A stretch of DNA of 64,000 nt from an uncultured Acidobacteriota bacterium (GCA_913043225.1 CAJWLU010000004.1:67243-131242); one strand, 5' to 3'. Shown: positions 16,852 to 28,828, counted from the first letter of the stretch. Program-made: numbers and translations. Notes: generated from the sequence alone by a model not told the origin.

Positions 16852-16880
16852 TTGACGCGTCCTGGACCCTTTCTTAGAAT
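16852..16880 (+). promoter_or_regulatory. Sigma70-like promoter upstream of secA
   Basis: TTGACG(16852-16857)-N17-TAGAAT(16875-16880), about 100 nt upstream of secA. The -35 lies inside the inverted repeat CGCGTCA-N7-TGACGCG (16839-16859). Confidence 0.5.
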
Positions 16881-16977
16881 CGAGCTATACCCTGCGGATG
16901 GTCCTCTGTTCACCGCATCGCCGTAGTCACCTGCCCTCTCTTTCCCGGCGTCGGGCCGCCCCCCAGCCGGTTACCGT

Positions 16978-19872
16978 GTGATGCTGCAAAACGTCCTCAA
17001 GAAGGTCTTCGGCACCCAGAACGAGCGCGATCTAAAGAAGCTGCAGCCGATGGTCGCAGCCATCAACGACCGTGAGAGTGAAATTCAGGCGCTTAGCGAT
17101 CACGAACTGCAGGAACAGACGGCACAGCTCCGGGTCAGAGCCCAGGATGGAGAGTCCCTCGACGACCTAATCGTCGATGCGTTCCCGGTAGTGCGAGAGG
17201 CCGGCTGGCGGGTCTTGAAGATGCGCCATTTCGACGTCCAGCTCATCGGCGGGATGGTGCTCCATCAGGGCAAAATCGCTGAGATGAAAACGGGCGAAGG
17301 CAAGACGCTCGTCGCCACGCTTGCCGCATATCTCAACGCGCTCAGCGGCAAAGGCGTACACGTGGTCACCGTCAACGACTATCTGGCGCGCCGCGACGCC
17401 GAGTGGATGGGGCGACTCTATCGCTTCCTCGGCATGTCGGTCGGTGTCATCCAGCATGACATGCGTGACGCCGACCGCCAGGCAGCCTACGCGGCCGACA
17501 TCACCTACGGCACCAACAACGAATTCGGTTTCGACTATCTTCGCGACAACATGAAGTTCGACCTGTCGCAGTTCGTCCAACGTGGCCATAACTTCGCCAT
17601 CGTGGACGAGGTCGACAGCATCCTGATCGACGAGGCGCGGACCCCGTTGATCATCTCGGGCCCCGCCGAGCAGTCGACCGACCTGTATTACGAGGTCGAC
17701 CGCGTCATTCCTAAGCTCACGCCGGGGGCGGTGGTACAGGACAACATCAAGGCGGAGAACCGTGAGGAGCTCGAAGCGACGGGCGACTACATCAAGGACG
17801 AGAAGGCGAAGACCGTCAGCCTGACCGAAACCGGCATGGCTAAGGCGGAGAAGATACTGTCGGGCCGCCTGAACCCGGGCGGTCTCTATGACCCGGCGAA
17901 CATGCCGCTGCTCCACCACGTGAACCAGGCGCTCCGCGCGCACGCATTGTTCAAGCGCGACGTACAGTACATGGTCAAGGACGGCCAGGTAGTCATCGTT
18001 GACGAATTCACGGGACGCCTGATGCCTGGTCGACGCTGGAGCGACGGACTCCATCAGGCCGTGGAGGCGAAGGAGAAGGTCAAGATCGAGCGTGAGAACC
18101 AGACACTCGCCACGGTTACCTTCCAGAACTACTTCCGCAAGTACGACAAGCTGTCTGGAATGACGGGCACGGCGGACACCGAAGCGCCGGAGTTCGCCAA
18201 AATCTACAAACTCGACGTCATGGTGGCCCCCACGAACCGCGAGCTGATCCGGATAGAAGAACCAGACACCATCTATAAGACCGAGCGAGAGAAGTACGAC
18301 GCCATCGTCGAGGATGTGCTCGAAAAGCAGCAGCAGGGGCGTCCGGTCCTGGTCGGAACAATTTCGATCGAAAAGTCAGAAAAGCTCTCCGGACTACTCA
18401 AGCGCCGAGGCGTCAAGCACGTCGTGCTGAACGCGAAGTACCACGCGCAGGAGGCCGAGATCGTCGCCCAGGCAGGACAGAAGGGGACCGTCACCATCGC
18501 CACCAACATGGCTGGCCGTGGCACCGATATCCTCCTCGGGGGCAACGCCGAATTCATGGCACGACAACATGCCCTGGCCGAAGAGGTTGCCGACCGGCTC
18601 CCGAAGGAAGAGGCGAAGTTCGTCGACGACGAAGACTACGTCTACTTCTACCATCTGGACCATTTTTACCGAGTGCCGCGCGACGCCTGGGAACAGATCT
18701 TCACTAGGTTCACCGACCAGACATCGGTCGAGCACAACGAGGTGGTCGCTGCGGGTGGCCTACACATCATCGCCACCGAGCGCCACGAGTCACGACGCAT
18801 CGACAACCAGCTTCGAGGGCGCGCCGGTCGCCAAGGAGACCCAGGTTCATCCCGGTTCTACTTGGCCCTCGAAGACGACCTGATGCGGATCTTCGGCTCC
18901 GACCGGATCTCGGGTCTGATGGAGCGGTTAGGCATGGAAGAGGGCGTACCCATCGAAGCCGGGATGGTTACCAAGGCCATCGAGCGAGCCCAGAAACAGG
19001 TCGAGGCGCAGAACTTCTCCGTCCGCAAGCACCTCCTTGAGTACGACGACGTGATGAATAAGCAGCGTGAGAACGTGTATACGCTGCGTCGCGAGCTCCT
19101 CGAGGGACACATCCACCTCAGCGACGAGGAGGAGGTCGACAGCCGTCAATATCTGATGACGCTGGCCGAGGACCTGGTCGACGATGCGGTCGAAACCAGC
19201 TGCGGCAAGGACATAGACCCGGAAGAGTGGGACACTGGCGCGCTCAAACAGTCGGTCGGAGAACTCGCCGGTCTGTCGGCAGAAGAGCTCGATGAGATGG
19301 AGCTCGACGACAAGAGCCCAGATGAAATGCTCGACCTGCTCTGGGGCGCGGTCAAGAGTCGCTACGAGGAGAAAGAGCAGGCGGTCGAATCCGAAGTCCT
19401 ACGGCGGGTCGAACGCGACGTTATGCTCCAGATCGTCGACGCTCAGTGGAAGGACCATCTCTACAGCCTAGACCACCTCAAGGAAGGGATCAGCCTCAGG
19501 AGCTACGCACAGAAAGACCCTCTCGTAGAATACAAACGCGAGAGCTTCGCCTTGTTCCAGGGCATGAAGGATCGGATCGACACCGAGATGATCCGCTATC
19601 TCTGGCGACTTCGCCCGGTGGTCCAGGGCCAAGGCGACGAAATCCAGCGCCCCACCCAGCGGCCTCGGGCTCCGCTCACGCTGAACGACCCCGGTGCCAC
19701 AGCGTCAGCCTTCGCCGGCGGCGGCGCCGCGGCGCGCGCACCTCAACCGGCGCGCACCGGCGGCGACGATGCCACGGTCAAGACTATCCGTCGAGATACC
19801 CCCAAAGTGGGGCGGAACGATCCCTGTCCATGCGGCAGCGGGAAGAAATATAAGAAATGTCATGGGGCCTGA
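16978..19872 (+). CDS. secA: Preprotein translocase ATPase SecA
   Basis: 964 aa. Canonical N-terminus [20 protein letters not shown]-like motor motifs ([29 protein letters not shown]), C-terminal zinc tail [14 protein letters not shown]. The true start may be the ATG at 16981, directly after the GTG at 16978. Confidence 0.98.
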   Translation: MMLQNVLKKVFGTQNERDLKKLQPMVAAINDRESEIQALSDHELQEQTAQLRVRAQDGESLDDLIVDAFPVVREAGWRVLKMRHFDVQLIGGMVLHQGKIAEMKTGEGKTLVATLAAYLNALSGKGVHVVTVNDYLARRDAEWMGRLYRFLGMSVGVIQHDMRDADRQAAYAADITYGTNNEFGFDYLRDNMKFDLSQFVQRGHNFAIVDEVDSILIDEARTPLIISGPAEQSTDLYYEVDRVIPKLTPGAVVQDNIKAENREELEATGDYIKDEKAKTVSLTETGMAKAEKILSGRLNPGGLYDPANMPLLHHVNQALRAHALFKRDVQYMVKDGQVVIVDEFTGRLMPGRRWSDGLHQAVEAKEKVKIERENQTLATVTFQNYFRKYDKLSGMTGTADTEAPEFAKIYKLDVMVAPTNRELIRIEEPDTIYKTEREKYDAIVEDVLEKQQQGRPVLVGTISIEKSEKLSGLLKRRGVKHVVLNAKYHAQEAEIVAQAGQKGTVTIATNMAGRGTDILLGGNAEFMARQHALAEEVADRLPKEEAKFVDDEDYVYFYHLDHFYRVPRDAWEQIFTRFTDQTSVEHNEVVAAGGLHIIATERHESRRIDNQLRGRAGRQGDPGSSRFYLALEDDLMRIFGSDRISGLMERLGMEEGVPIEAGMVTKAIERAQKQVEAQNFSVRKHLLEYDDVMNKQRENVYTLRRELLEGHIHLSDEEEVDSRQYLMTLAEDLVDDAVETSCGKDIDPEEWDTGALKQSVGELAGLSAEELDEMELDDKSPDEMLDLLWGAVKSRYEEKEQAVESEVLRRVERDVMLQIVDAQWKDHLYSLDHLKEGISLRSYAQKDPLVEYKRESFALFQGMKDRIDTEMIRYLWRLRPVVQGQGDEIQRPTQRPRAPLTLNDPGATASAFAGGGAAARAPQPARTGGDDATVKTIRRDTPKVGRNDPCPCGSGKKYKKCHGA

Positions 19873-19873
19873 G

Positions 19874-21400
19874 ATGAGCGTGCAGACCGAAACCAGAGCG
19901 ACTCGTTTCACGACAACGGACATCAGCGTCGCGCTGACCTTCGATGATGTCCTGCTGGTGCCACAGCACTCGGCCGTACTGCCGAGCGAGGTCGATATCT
20001 CGACCCGGGTAACGAGAAACATCTCGCTCAACGTCCCGATCATCAGCTCCGCAATGGATACCGTGACCGAGTCTCGCCTGGCCATCGCCATGGCACAACT
20101 CGGGGGGATAGGCATTATCCACAAGAACCTCTCGATCGAGGAACAAGCCTCTGAGGTCGACCGCGTCAAGCGATCCGAGAGCGGCATGATCGTTAATCCG
20201 ATCACGCTCTCTCCTACCGGCCGGATCTACGAGGCGCTCGAGTTAATGGAGAAGTATCGGATATCGGGCGTTCCCATCACCGCAGACGGCGGCACCGAGG
20301 GCAAGCTCGTTGGCATCCTGACCAATCGCGACCTCCGCTTCGAGGGCAACCTCGACCGTCCGATCGGCGACGTGATGACCCGAGAGAACCTCATCACCGT
20401 CCCCGTAGGGACGACACTCAGCGAGGCCGAACAGATCCTGCACACCCACCGGGTCGAGAAGCTGTTGGTCGTCGATCAGAACTTCATGTTGAAAGGCCTG
20501 ATCACCGTTAAAGACATCCAGAAAATGATCACCTACCCCACCGCCTCCAAGGACGAACTTGGGCGACTGCGGGTTGGCGCCGCAGTGGGAATAGCCAAGG
20601 ACACCGAGGCGCGAGCCGAGGCGTTGATCGGCGCCGGCGTCGACCTGCTGGTGGTGGATACCGCCCATGGTCACTCTGCCGGGGTCATGACAATAGTGCG
20701 GCAGCTACGGGACCGCTTCCCGAGCATCGACCTGGTCGCCGGGAACGTCGCCACCGAGGAGGGTACCGAGGCGCTTATCGACCTTGGCGTCGACGGGGTC
20801 AAGGTAGGGATCGGATCAGGGTCCATCTGCACCACCAGGATCATCGCCGGCATCGGCATGCCGATGATCTCGGCGCTGGCCGAGTGCGCCAAAGCCTCCT
20901 CCCGCCACGGCGTACCGATCATCGCCGACGGCGGCGTGCGCTACTCCGGCGACATCACCAAAGCGCTGGCCGTCGGAGCGAGCACCGTGATGATCGGCAG
21001 TCTGTTCGCTGGGACCGACGAGAGTCCGGGCGAAATGATTCTCTACCAGGGCCGCAGCTTCAAGGAGTATCGGGGCATGGGCTCGATCGGCGCAATGCGA
21101 GCCGGGAGTCGGGACCGGTATTTCCAGGAAGAATTCGACCTCGCCAGCACCGACGAGGCAGGCGAGAAGCTTGTTCCGGAAGGGATCGAAGGGCGGGTCC
21201 CGTACAAGGGCTCGGTCGGTGCCATGATCCACCAACTAGTCGGCGGCCTCCGCGCCGGCATGGGATATTGCGGATGCGGAAGCATCCCAGACCTACATCG
21301 AGACGCCCGCCTGGTACGTATCACGCCCGCCGGCATGCGCGAGAGCCATGTCCACGACGTGGTGATCACCAAGGAAGCCCCGAACTACCGCTCTGAGTAG
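19874..21400 (+). CDS. guaB: IMP dehydrogenase
   Basis: The ATG at 19874 is 1 nt after the sec[17 protein letters not shown] pair, and catalytic loop [11 protein letters not shown]. The longer track ORF (19694) overlaps secA. Confidence 0.97.
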   Translation: MSVQTETRATRFTTTDISVALTFDDVLLVPQHSAVLPSEVDISTRVTRNISLNVPIISSAMDTVTESRLAIAMAQLGGIGIIHKNLSIEEQASEVDRVKRSESGMIVNPITLSPTGRIYEALELMEKYRISGVPITADGGTEGKLVGILTNRDLRFEGNLDRPIGDVMTRENLITVPVGTTLSEAEQILHTHRVEKLLVVDQNFMLKGLITVKDIQKMITYPTASKDELGRLRVGAAVGIAKDTEARAEALIGAGVDLLVVDTAHGHSAGVMTIVRQLRDRFPSIDLVAGNVATEEGTEALIDLGVDGVKVGIGSGSICTTRIIAGIGMPMISALAECAKASSRHGVPIIADGGVRYSGDITKALAVGASTVMIGSLFAGTDESPGEMILYQGRSFKEYRGMGSIGAMRAGSRDRYFQEEFDLASTDEAGEKLVPEGIEGRVPYKGSVGAMIHQLVGGLRAGMGYCGCGSIPDLHRDARLVRITPAGMRESHVHDVVITKEAPNYRSE

Positions 21401-21441
21401 GACCCCACCGGCTCTACAGTTTAGGCAGCTTCGCTTAAGCG

Positions 21442-21879
21442 TTACGCAACTTCTGGCCGCTGCGGAGTACCTGAGACGGTTAGTTCTCGCTCCTCTTCGC
21501 CGACCACCGTCATCCTGACCGTCACCGCTCCGGGCGGCGGTTCGCGCCACCGCTCCGCCCACTCCACGCAAACGACCGCCCCTTGCTCGCTGAGCTCGTC
21601 GAGTCCCAGGTCGTCGACCTCATCAGGCCCGAGACGGTACAGGTCCACGTGCTGGAGCCTAGCGTCGCCGTACTCCTGTATGACGACGAAGGTCGGACTG
21701 CTGACCTCGTTCGGGTCTAGTCCTCGCCCGCTTGCTACCCCGCGCACGAACGCGGTCTTGCCGGCACCAAGCTCGCCATGCAGCAGAATGACGGTCCCAG
21801 CCGCAAGCTCCCGCGCTAGCTCGGCCGCGACGCGCTCGGTCTCGGCCTCCGATCTGGTCACATGCCGCCCCGCCCTCAT
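21442..21879 (-). CDS. tsaE: tRNA t6A biosynthesis ATPase TsaE
   Basis: LLHGELGAGKTAFVRG..SPTF..HVDLYRL. 4-nt overlap with nnr. Confidence 0.9.
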   Translation of the reverse strand: MRAGRHVTRSEAETERVAAELARELAAGTVILLHGELGAGKTAFVRGVASGRGLDPNEVSSPTFVVIQEYGDARLQHVDLYRLGPDEVDDLGLDELSEQGAVVCVEWAERWREPPPGAVTVRMTVVGEEERELTVSGTPQRPEVA

Positions 21880-23441
21880 CTCTCCGGCTCCGACGCCAGT
21901 GTTAACCCGACAGCCGCCGGCCCTAGCGCGAGCAACAGATCGCTCGCGATCATGCCCACCTCGCCCTGTTCATCAGCAGCAAGATCGCCTGCGGCGCCGT
22001 GAAGATACACCCCCAGCGCACAAGCCGTTTCCAGGTCACCGGTTTGCGCTATCCAGGCCGCGATCACACCAGTCAACACGTCGCCGGTACCGCCCGTCGC
22101 CATCCCGGGATTACCCGTCACGTTGATCCACACTCGACCGTAAGGTGTCGCCACCACCGTCCGCGCCCCTTTGAGCACCACGAAGATGCCGGCATCGGCC
22201 GCCAGCCGCCTGGCCACTCCAAGTCGATCCGCCTGCACATCCTCCACCGAGGCTCCTATCAGTCGTGCCATCTCACCCGGATGCGGAGTGATCACTAGCG
22301 GCCGGGAAACCGGACGCCGAAGCCAACCGTCGCCCAGTGCGTTCAACCCGTCCGCGTCTAGCACTAACGGTACGTCAGTGACCTCCAGGACCTGCTCGAC
22401 GAATGCACTAACGTCGGCGGATTGCCCCAAGCCCGGACCCAGCGCGATCACGTCGGCTCGCGTACTAGCGACGGCTTGCGCCGCCGCCGGGTGCACAGTC
22501 CCGGCCTCGGTGTCGGCCAATCCGAGTGTCATGTAGTCCGGTACGTGAGCGGCCACCCCTCCCTGACAGACGCGAGGAATTCCCACCGTAACCAGCCCTG
22601 CGCCCGACCGGAGGGCGCCCATTGCTGCCAGCACGGCCGCCCCGGTCGTCCCCACCGCTCCCCCCACCACTAGCACCCGTCCATAATCGCCCTTATGGAC
22701 CTCGTCCGGACGTGGACTTATCTGCGAGGCCGCCCACTCTTGCGTAATAGCGGCACACTCTGGGCCGTCAAGCGCCTCGAGCACCGCGTCGGGAATCCCA
22801 ATATCGGCCACCATCAGGTCCCCAGCGTGCGCAGCCGCAGGCGGCACCAGAAGGGCAACTTTCACCGCCCCCAGTGCTACCGTCAGGGTCGCCTCGATCG
22901 CTTCGCCGAACGGCACTCCTTCATCGGCCGAAAGCCCGGAGGGTAGGTCGATCGCAACGATCGGGACGCCGGATAGGTTGAGGTCCTCCACCATCGCCCG
23001 TGGATACCCCTCGAGCGGTCTCGTCACTCCGGCACCGAAGAGCGCGTCGACCAGGAGGTCGCAACCGAGCAATCTGCTACGGCTCGCCTCCCAGGCGTCG
23101 AGTGTTGGTGCGTCGACGACCGCGACGTCGCTCCCATCGAGCGCCGTCAGGAACGCTCTCGCATCGCCAGAGACCTCGTCTCGGGGCGCGGCGACACAGA
23201 CCGTGACTCTGCCGCCCCTCTCGGCCAGCATCCTGGCCACGACGAATCCATCACCACCGTTGTTCCCCTTACCGCACACCACCGTGATCCTGCGTCCGAC
23301 CAACGTGGTGGGCAGCTGCTCTTCCATCGCCGCCACGACCTCCCGACCGGCGTTCTCCATCAATACGGCCGAGGAAATCCCCAACTCCGCGATGGCTCGA
23401 CGCTCAGCCTCCCGCATCTGTGCCCCGGTCAATATCCGCAT
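21876..23441 (-). CDS. nnr: Bifunctional NAD(P)H-hydrate repair enzyme (epimerase/ADP-dependent dehydratase)
   Basis: YjeF-N (GKGNNGGDGFVVAR) and carbohydrate-kinase-like YjeF-C (GGTGDVLTG). I prefer the ATG at 23441 (MRILTGAQMREAE). Confidence 0.9.
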   Translation of the reverse strand: MRILTGAQMREAERRAIAELGISSAVLMENAGREVVAAMEEQLPTTLVGRRITVVCGKGNNGGDGFVVARMLAERGGRVTVCVAAPRDEVSGDARAFLTALDGSDVAVVDAPTLDAWEASRSRLLGCDLLVDALFGAGVTRPLEGYPRAMVEDLNLSGVPIVAIDLPSGLSADEGVPFGEAIEATLTVALGAVKVALLVPPAAAHAGDLMVADIGIPDAVLEALDGPECAAITQEWAASQISPRPDEVHKGDYGRVLVVGGAVGTTGAAVLAAMGALRSGAGLVTVGIPRVCQGGVAAHVPDYMTLGLADTEAGTVHPAAAQAVASTRADVIALGPGLGQSADVSAFVEQVLEVTDVPLVLDADGLNALGDGWLRRPVSRPLVITPHPGEMARLIGASVEDVQADRLGVARRLAADAGIFVVLKGARTVVATPYGRVWINVTGNPGMATGGTGDVLTGVIAAWIAQTGDLETACALGVYLHGAAGDLAADEQGEVGMIASDLLLALGPAAVGLTLASEPER

Positions 23442-23544
23442 CTGGTCCGTCCTCCTAGCGGCCAGCGGACCGCAGGATGCGGTATATGCTACTTTGCTGG
23501 GTGCGCTCGGTGAGCGATCGCGCTCAACCACGGACGGCACGCTC

Positions 23545-24435
23545 ATGTACCCAGTTCCCGCCACCGTCAACATAGACGGACGAATCACCGACGCCGCCCA
23601 CGCTACGGTGTCGGTCTTCGACCACGGTTTCCTGTTCGGTGACGGCGTCTACGAGACCATCCGCACCTACAACCGGATGCCGTTCTTGTTGCCTCCGCAT
23701 CTGAACCGCCTGCGCGCCTCCGCGGCCAGACTCTCACTGGCAATTCCGCCCGACGACGGCGAACTCGTCCGACGTCTGAGCGACACGATGGCCAAGGTTA
23801 ATGTTGAGGGCGAGGTCACACTGCGCATGCTGGTGACCCGAGGAGTCGGACCACTGAGCTACGACCCGGCGGCCTGCCCGACCCCGACCGTCGTCATCAT
23901 CGCGCTCCCCCACCAGGCTCCGTCTCCCAAGGTCCACCGTGACGGCGTTCGCGTCGTCGTCGCCGGCGTGCTCCGGAACCACCCCCGCAGCGTTGACCCC
24001 AGCATCAAGTCGAACAACCTACTCAACAACGTGCTGGCGATGCAGGAGGCGATCCGGCGAGACGCTTACGAGGCGATCCTGCTGAACCACCGCGGCGAGC
24101 TGACCGAGTGCGCGCAGTCGAATCTGTTCGCGGTCCGCGATGGGATCGTGGTAACCCCTCCGCTCGACGCCGGCCTCCTCGAAGGCGTGACTCGGAACTT
24201 CTTGTTCGAGATGGGCGCCGACCTCGGGATAGAGGTTCGCGAAAAGGTGCTGCGGGAAGCCGACCTCTCGTCGGTCGATGAGCTGTTTCTAACCAGCACC
24301 ACCCGTGAGGTGGTCCCAATCGTAGAGGTGGGCGATGTCCGCATCGGCTCGGGCCGCCCGGGCCGGGTCACCGCACGGCTACTGAGCCGGTTCCGTGAAC
24401 GCGCCAACACTCTGACCCGGGCAGCCGCCGGCTAA
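23545..24435 (+). CDS. Class IV (fold type IV) aminotransferase (BCAT/D-amino-acid AT/ADC lyase family)
   Basis: ATG at 23545. FDHGFLFGDGVYETIR, SIKSNNLLNNVLA, E..QSNLF. The track ORF upstream part is the antisense shadow of nnr. Confidence 0.85.
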   Translation: MYPVPATVNIDGRITDAAHATVSVFDHGFLFGDGVYETIRTYNRMPFLLPPHLNRLRASAARLSLAIPPDDGELVRRLSDTMAKVNVEGEVTLRMLVTRGVGPLSYDPAACPTPTVVIIALPHQAPSPKVHRDGVRVVVAGVLRNHPRSVDPSIKSNNLLNNVLAMQEAIRRDAYEAILLNHRGELTECAQSNLFAVRDGIVVTPPLDAGLLEGVTRNFLFEMGADLGIEVREKVLREADLSSVDELFLTSTTREVVPIVEVGDVRIGSGRPGRVTARLLSRFRERANTLTRAAAG

Positions 24436-27314
24436 GCGCCGGCTTCGGCGTACGCCTGGACCGGTGGACAGGCACAAACCAGGTTCCGGTCGCCGTGAGC
24501 GTCATCAATCCGACCAACAACCGGCCATACCTTATGCTGCCGCACGAACGGCAACGGAAATACCGCTTGCTCTCGACTGTAGGGATGTGCCCACTGATCA
24601 CCGACCGCCTCGGCCGCCGTGTGGGGAGCATTCTTGAGCACGTTGTCGACCGGATCTGCCACGCCGTCAACCACCGCCTGAATCTCACCTCGAATTGCAA
24701 TCAACGCGTCACAGAACCGGTCTAGTTCTTCCTGCGGCTCGCTCTCGGTCGGTTCCACCATCATCGTCCCAGGCACCGGGAACGACACGGTCGGTGCGTG
24801 AAAACCGTAGTCCATCAGCCGTTTAGCGACATCGATCTCCGCGATCCCGTGTGGCGTAAACTCTCGCAAGTCAAAGATCAGCTCGTGCGCCACCCGCCCA
24901 TTCGAGCGGGTATAGAGCGCCGGGTAGTACGGCGCGAGCCTGGCCTTGATGTAATTTGCGCCGAGGATCGCGATCTCCGTAGCACGACGCATGCCGTCAG
25001 CGCCCAACATTCGCATGTATCCGTGCGAAATAAGCTGAATGCTCGCACTGCCCCAGGGAGCCGCGGCGATCGCGGGAATCGCGCGCTCCCCTCCGACCGG
25101 CACAACCGCGTGCCCGGGAAGGTAGGGAGCAAGATGGCCCCCGACGGCGATCGGTCCCATCCCGGGCCCTCCTCCACCGTGCGGAATGGCAAACGTCTTG
25201 TGCAGATTGATATGGCACACGTCGGCGCCAATGGCGGCGGGACTGGTCACCCCAACCTGTGCGTTCATGTTCGCGCCGTCCATGTAGACCTGGCCACCAT
25301 GATGATGCACGACGGCGCAGATCTCGCGAATGGCGTCCTCGAACACCCCATGCGTCGAGGGATACGTGACCATCAGCGCGCAGAGCGCGTCGGCATGAGT
25401 CTCGACCTGTCGCCTCAAATCGTCTACGTCTACGTTGCCCGCCTCATCGCACGCCACAATAACCACGCGCATTCCAGCCATCGCGGCAGTCGCCGGGTTC
25501 GTACCGTGAGCCGACGCCGGAATCAAGACCACATCACGCCGACCATCGCCCCGGTCGCGCTGGTACGCGCGGATCACCATCAAGCCCGCAAACTCCCCCT
25601 GCGCGCCCGAATTGGGCTGCAGCGAAACCGCGTCGAACCCGGTGATCGCACAGAGAGACGACTCGAGCTCGCGAAACAGCGTCTGGTAGCCTTCCGACAG
25701 CGCCACCGGCATGAACGGATGCATCTCGGCGTAGGCCGGCCAGGTCACCGGCAAGATCGCCGAGGCCGCGGTCAGCTTCATCGTGCAAGACCCGAGCGGA
25801 ATCATGGACGTGTCCAGCCCGATGTCCCGGCTCTCAAGACGCTTCAGGTAGCGCATCATCTGGGTCTCGGACCGGTGTCGGTGAAACACCGGGTGCGTCA
25901 TGAACGCTGAAGTCCGCTCCACCCTGTCCGACCATTCCGGAGCCTGATCCGGCACGTCCATCAGGACTGTCGGCGCCTTGGCGCCGAGCGCCGCCGCAAA
26001 AAGTTCCAGAATCTCGACTACGTCTGCCGCGGTCGTGACCTCGTCGAGGGCTATGCCCACGCCAGTGGCGTCAACATACCGAAAATGGATACCCGCCTCG
26101 GTCGCGTGGTGCCTGAGGCGCTCCACCGTCGTCTCGGCCAGAGTGACCCTGAGCGTGTCGAAGACCGTGCCATGCACCGGGGCCGCTCCCATGGCCTCGA
26201 GCCCGTCGGCTAGTCGTCTGGCAAACCCGTGCACTCGCCGCGCAATCCCCCGCAGACCATCCGGGCCATGATAAACACCGTAGAAGCCGGCCAAATTAGC
26301 GAGCAGCGCCTGCGCCGTGCAAATGTTCGACGTCGCGCGCTCTCTCCTGATGTGCTGTTCCCGGGTCTGCAGCGACATCCGATAGGCCGGATCGCCATGC
26401 CGATCCACGGACAAGCCGATGATCCGGCCTGGCATCTGTCGCACGTACTCGGTACGGGTAGCGAAGAACGCCGCATGGGGTCCGCCGTAGCCCATCGGCA
26501 CGCCGAACCGCTGGGAATTACCAACAACCACATCGGCCCCCACCTCGCCGGGTGGCTTCAGCAAGGTTAAGGCGAGCAGGTCGGTAGCCACCGCCACCAG
26601 CGCGCCGGCACCGTGGGCGCTGGCAATCACCCCGTCGAGCGGCGCGACCTCCCCGTCCTCAGCCGGATACTGCAGCAGCACGGCGAACACCCCATCGCCT
26701 TCGGCCACCGACGTCGGGTCGCCTACCTCCACATCGATGCCGAGCGGCTCGCACCGCCCCCGCACCACGTCGATGGTCTGCGGGAAGCAGGCTGACGACA
26801 CGCGCACCCGGTTCGCGTCCGGCCGCCGACGAGCCTGCACCCGATGCAGCAGCGTTACCGCCTCGGCTGCTGCCGTGGCCTCGTCCAGCAGTGAAGCGTT
26901 GGCCACCGGCATGGCGGTCAGGTCTCCCACCATCGTCTGGAAATTCAAGAGCGCTTCCAGCCGCCCCTGGGCGACCTCGGCCTGATAGGGGGTATAGGGC
27001 GTGTACCAACCCGGGTTCTCGAAGACGTTTCGCAGGATCACGCTGGGCGTCAGGCACCCGTAGTAGCCGAGGCCGATCATGGCCCGCCCGCCCTTGTTCC
27101 CCTTTCCTACTTTGCGGATCCTAGCCAGAAACTCTAGTTCCGTTTCCGGACCTGGCACGTCTAGCGGCGCACCGAGCCGGATATCGGCCGGCACCGCCTC
27201 ATCGATGAGGGCCTCGAGCGACGAAGCGCCTACCTCCTCCAGCATCCGCTCGACGTCTGCCGCGCTCGGCCCGATATGACGATCCTCGAACCTATCCTGA
27301 CGACCCTCGTTCAC
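24432..27314 (-). CDS. gcvP: Glycine dehydrogenase (decarboxylating), single-chain P protein
   Basis: 960 aa with full-length GcvP architecture. PLP region HINLHKTF. Confidence 0.97.
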   Translation of the reverse strand: MNEGRQDRFEDRHIGPSAADVERMLEEVGASSLEALIDEAVPADIRLGAPLDVPGPETELEFLARIRKVGKGNKGGRAMIGLGYYGCLTPSVILRNVFENPGWYTPYTPYQAEVAQGRLEALLNFQTMVGDLTAMPVANASLLDEATAAAEAVTLLHRVQARRRPDANRVRVSSACFPQTIDVVRGRCEPLGIDVEVGDPTSVAEGDGVFAVLLQYPAEDGEVAPLDGVIASAHGAGALVAVATDLLALTLLKPPGEVGADVVVGNSQRFGVPMGYGGPHAAFFATRTEYVRQMPGRIIGLSVDRHGDPAYRMSLQTREQHIRRERATSNICTAQALLANLAGFYGVYHGPDGLRGIARRVHGFARRLADGLEAMGAAPVHGTVFDTLRVTLAETTVERLRHHATEAGIHFRYVDATGVGIALDEVTTAADVVEILELFAAALGAKAPTVLMDVPDQAPEWSDRVERTSAFMTHPVFHRHRSETQMMRYLKRLESRDIGLDTSMIPLGSCTMKLTAASAILPVTWPAYAEMHPFMPVALSEGYQTLFRELESSLCAITGFDAVSLQPNSGAQGEFAGLMVIRAYQRDRGDGRRDVVLIPASAHGTNPATAAMAGMRVVIVACDEAGNVDVDDLRRQVETHADALCALMVTYPSTHGVFEDAIREICAVVHHHGGQVYMDGANMNAQVGVTSPAAIGADVCHINLHKTFAIPHGGGGPGMGPIAVGGHLAPYLPGHAVVPVGGERAIPAIAAAPWGSASIQLISHGYMRMLGADGMRRATEIAILGANYIKARLAPYYPALYTRSNGRVAHELIFDLREFTPHGIAEIDVAKRLMDYGFHAPTVSFPVPGTMMVEPTESEPQEELDRFCDALIAIRGEIQAVVDGVADPVDNVLKNAPHTAAEAVGDQWAHPYSREQAVFPLPFVRQHKVWPVVGRIDDAHGDRNLVCACPPVQAYAEAGA

Positions 27315-27706
27315 TGGCTCTCCACCAATTCGCCATACTCCCTCGCGTTGAGCAGGCGCTCAACACCCACCCGAGAGCCAGGCTTACCTTCAAGTTCAAG
27401 CTCGATGATCCAGGTCTCGTGTGCCAACTGATTGACCGACTCAGGCCGGTCGATCAGATCCGCGTTCACCTGGACCACCTTGCCAGCCAACGGGCAATAG
27501 AGATCGGACACCGCCTTCACCGATTCGATCGATCCGAACTGTGCCCCGGCTGCGAACTTCTGACCAACCTCGGGCAACTCTACGAAGACGACGTCACCGA
27601 GCTGCTGCTGTGCGTAGTCCGTAATGCCCACCTGCGCCATCGTGCCGTTATCGGACACCTCTACCCATTCGTGCTCGCGTGTGTACAACAAATTATCCGG
27701 ATACAT
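27311..27706 (-). CDS. gcvH: Glycine cleavage system H protein
   Basis: 131 aa. YTREHEWV.., and the lipoyl-Lys motif ESVKAVSDLY. Confidence 0.95.
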   Translation of the reverse strand: MYPDNLLYTREHEWVEVSDNGTMAQVGITDYAQQQLGDVVFVELPEVGQKFAAGAQFGSIESVKAVSDLYCPLAGKVVQVNADLIDRPESVNQLAHETWIIELELEGKPGSRVGVERLLNAREYGELVESQ

Positions 27707-27712
27707 GGTGTT

Positions 27713-28828
27713 TCATCCTTTATCACGCTTGTAGAACGGCAGTAATACCACCTTGGCCTCCACCGGCCGATCCCTGATCTCGATCTCAAGACCAGTGCCC
27801 GGCTCTGCCATCTCACGCGGCACGTACGCGAGTCCCACCGCCCGTTCGAGGAACGGCGTTCTGGTGCCACTAGTCACCCTGCCCACGGCCTCGCCGTCTC
27901 TCAAGACGCGATAGCCGTGACGAGCAATCCCACGTCCCACCATCTCGAAACCAACGAGCTTGCTGGTCACACCTGTCTCACGCTGCCGAACGAGCGCTTC
28001 GCGGCCAATGAAGGCCGGCTTGTCCCAGCCAATCGTCCAGCCCAGCCCAGCCTCGAGCACCGTGGTCGTGTCGTCGACGTCCTGCCCCGACAGCCGCATC
28101 GCAGCCTCGAGCCGTAGGGTATCCCGTGCGCCGAGTCCGGCCGGCCGCAACCCCTCGCCGTCGCCCGCCGACAGTAGTGCGTCCCACAGCCGGTCGGCAC
28201 CCTGCGAAGGCACGAACACCTCGAACCCGTCTTCGCCCGTATAGCCAGTTCGCGAGATCGTCGCCCGAATGCTCGCCACTTCGCCCGTAGTGAAGCGGTA
28301 GTAGCCGATCCGGTCCAATTCGACCTCGGTCAGCGTCTGCAGGATTGCCAGAGCGCGCGGTCCCTGCACGGCAATGAGCGCATAGCGACTGCTCGTGTTC
28401 ACCGCCATCGCGTCGCCGATCCCCTGAATGTTCTGCTGGATCCACGCGAAGTCCGACTCGATGCAGCTCGCATTGACCACAAGCAGATAGTGACTGTCGG
28501 CTAGGCGGTAGACAAGGAGGTCGTCCACGAACGTACCTGCCTTGGTCGAGAGCACCGAATACTGCGCGTGTCCGATCTCAAGGCTCGAGGCATCATTGGT
28601 CGAAATCCGTTGCACCGCCGCTAGCGCGTCGTCACCGGCAATCTCGATCTCGCCCATGTGACTCACATCGAAGAGTCCGGCCGCGCGGCGCACAGCCAAG
28701 TGCTCCTCGGTGATGCTGGAGTATTGCACCGGCATCTCCCACCCCCCGAAGGAGACCATGCGAGCCCCCATCGCGACGTGACGAGAGTAAAGCGAAGTCT
28801 TCCGGAGCGTCGCCGAAGTGTCGTTCAT
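27713..28828 (-). CDS. gcvT: Aminomethyltransferase (glycine cleavage T protein)
   Basis: 371 aa. [33 protein letters not shown]. Confidence 0.95.
   Translation of the reverse strand: MNDTSATLRKTSLYSRHVAMGARMVSFGGWEMPVQYSSITEEHLAVRRAAGLFDVSHMGEIEIAGDDALAAVQRISTNDASSLEIGHAQYSVLSTKAGTFVDDLLVYRLADSHYLLVVNASCIESDFAWIQQNIQGIGDAMAVNTSSRYALIAVQGPRALAILQTLTEVELDRIGYYRFTTGEVASIRATISRTGYTGEDGFEVFVPSQGADRLWDALLSAGDGEGLRPAGLGARDTLRLEAAMRLSGQDVDDTTTVLEAGLGWTIGWDKPAFIGREALVRQRETGVTSKLVGFEMVGRGIARHGYRVLRDGEAVGRVTSGTRTPFLERAVGLAYVPREMAEPGTGLEIEIRDRPVEAKVVLLPFYKRDKG

Noticed and set aside
24798-25910. 370-aa plus-strand ORF inside gcvP. Similar cases: 55654-56685 and 59808-60803 (+), 9153-9644 (+), 34277-34996 (-)
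   Set aside because: All lie opposite or out of frame to genes with unambiguous family signatures. All have Arg/His/Pro-rich low-information translations, so I treat them as shadow ORFs.
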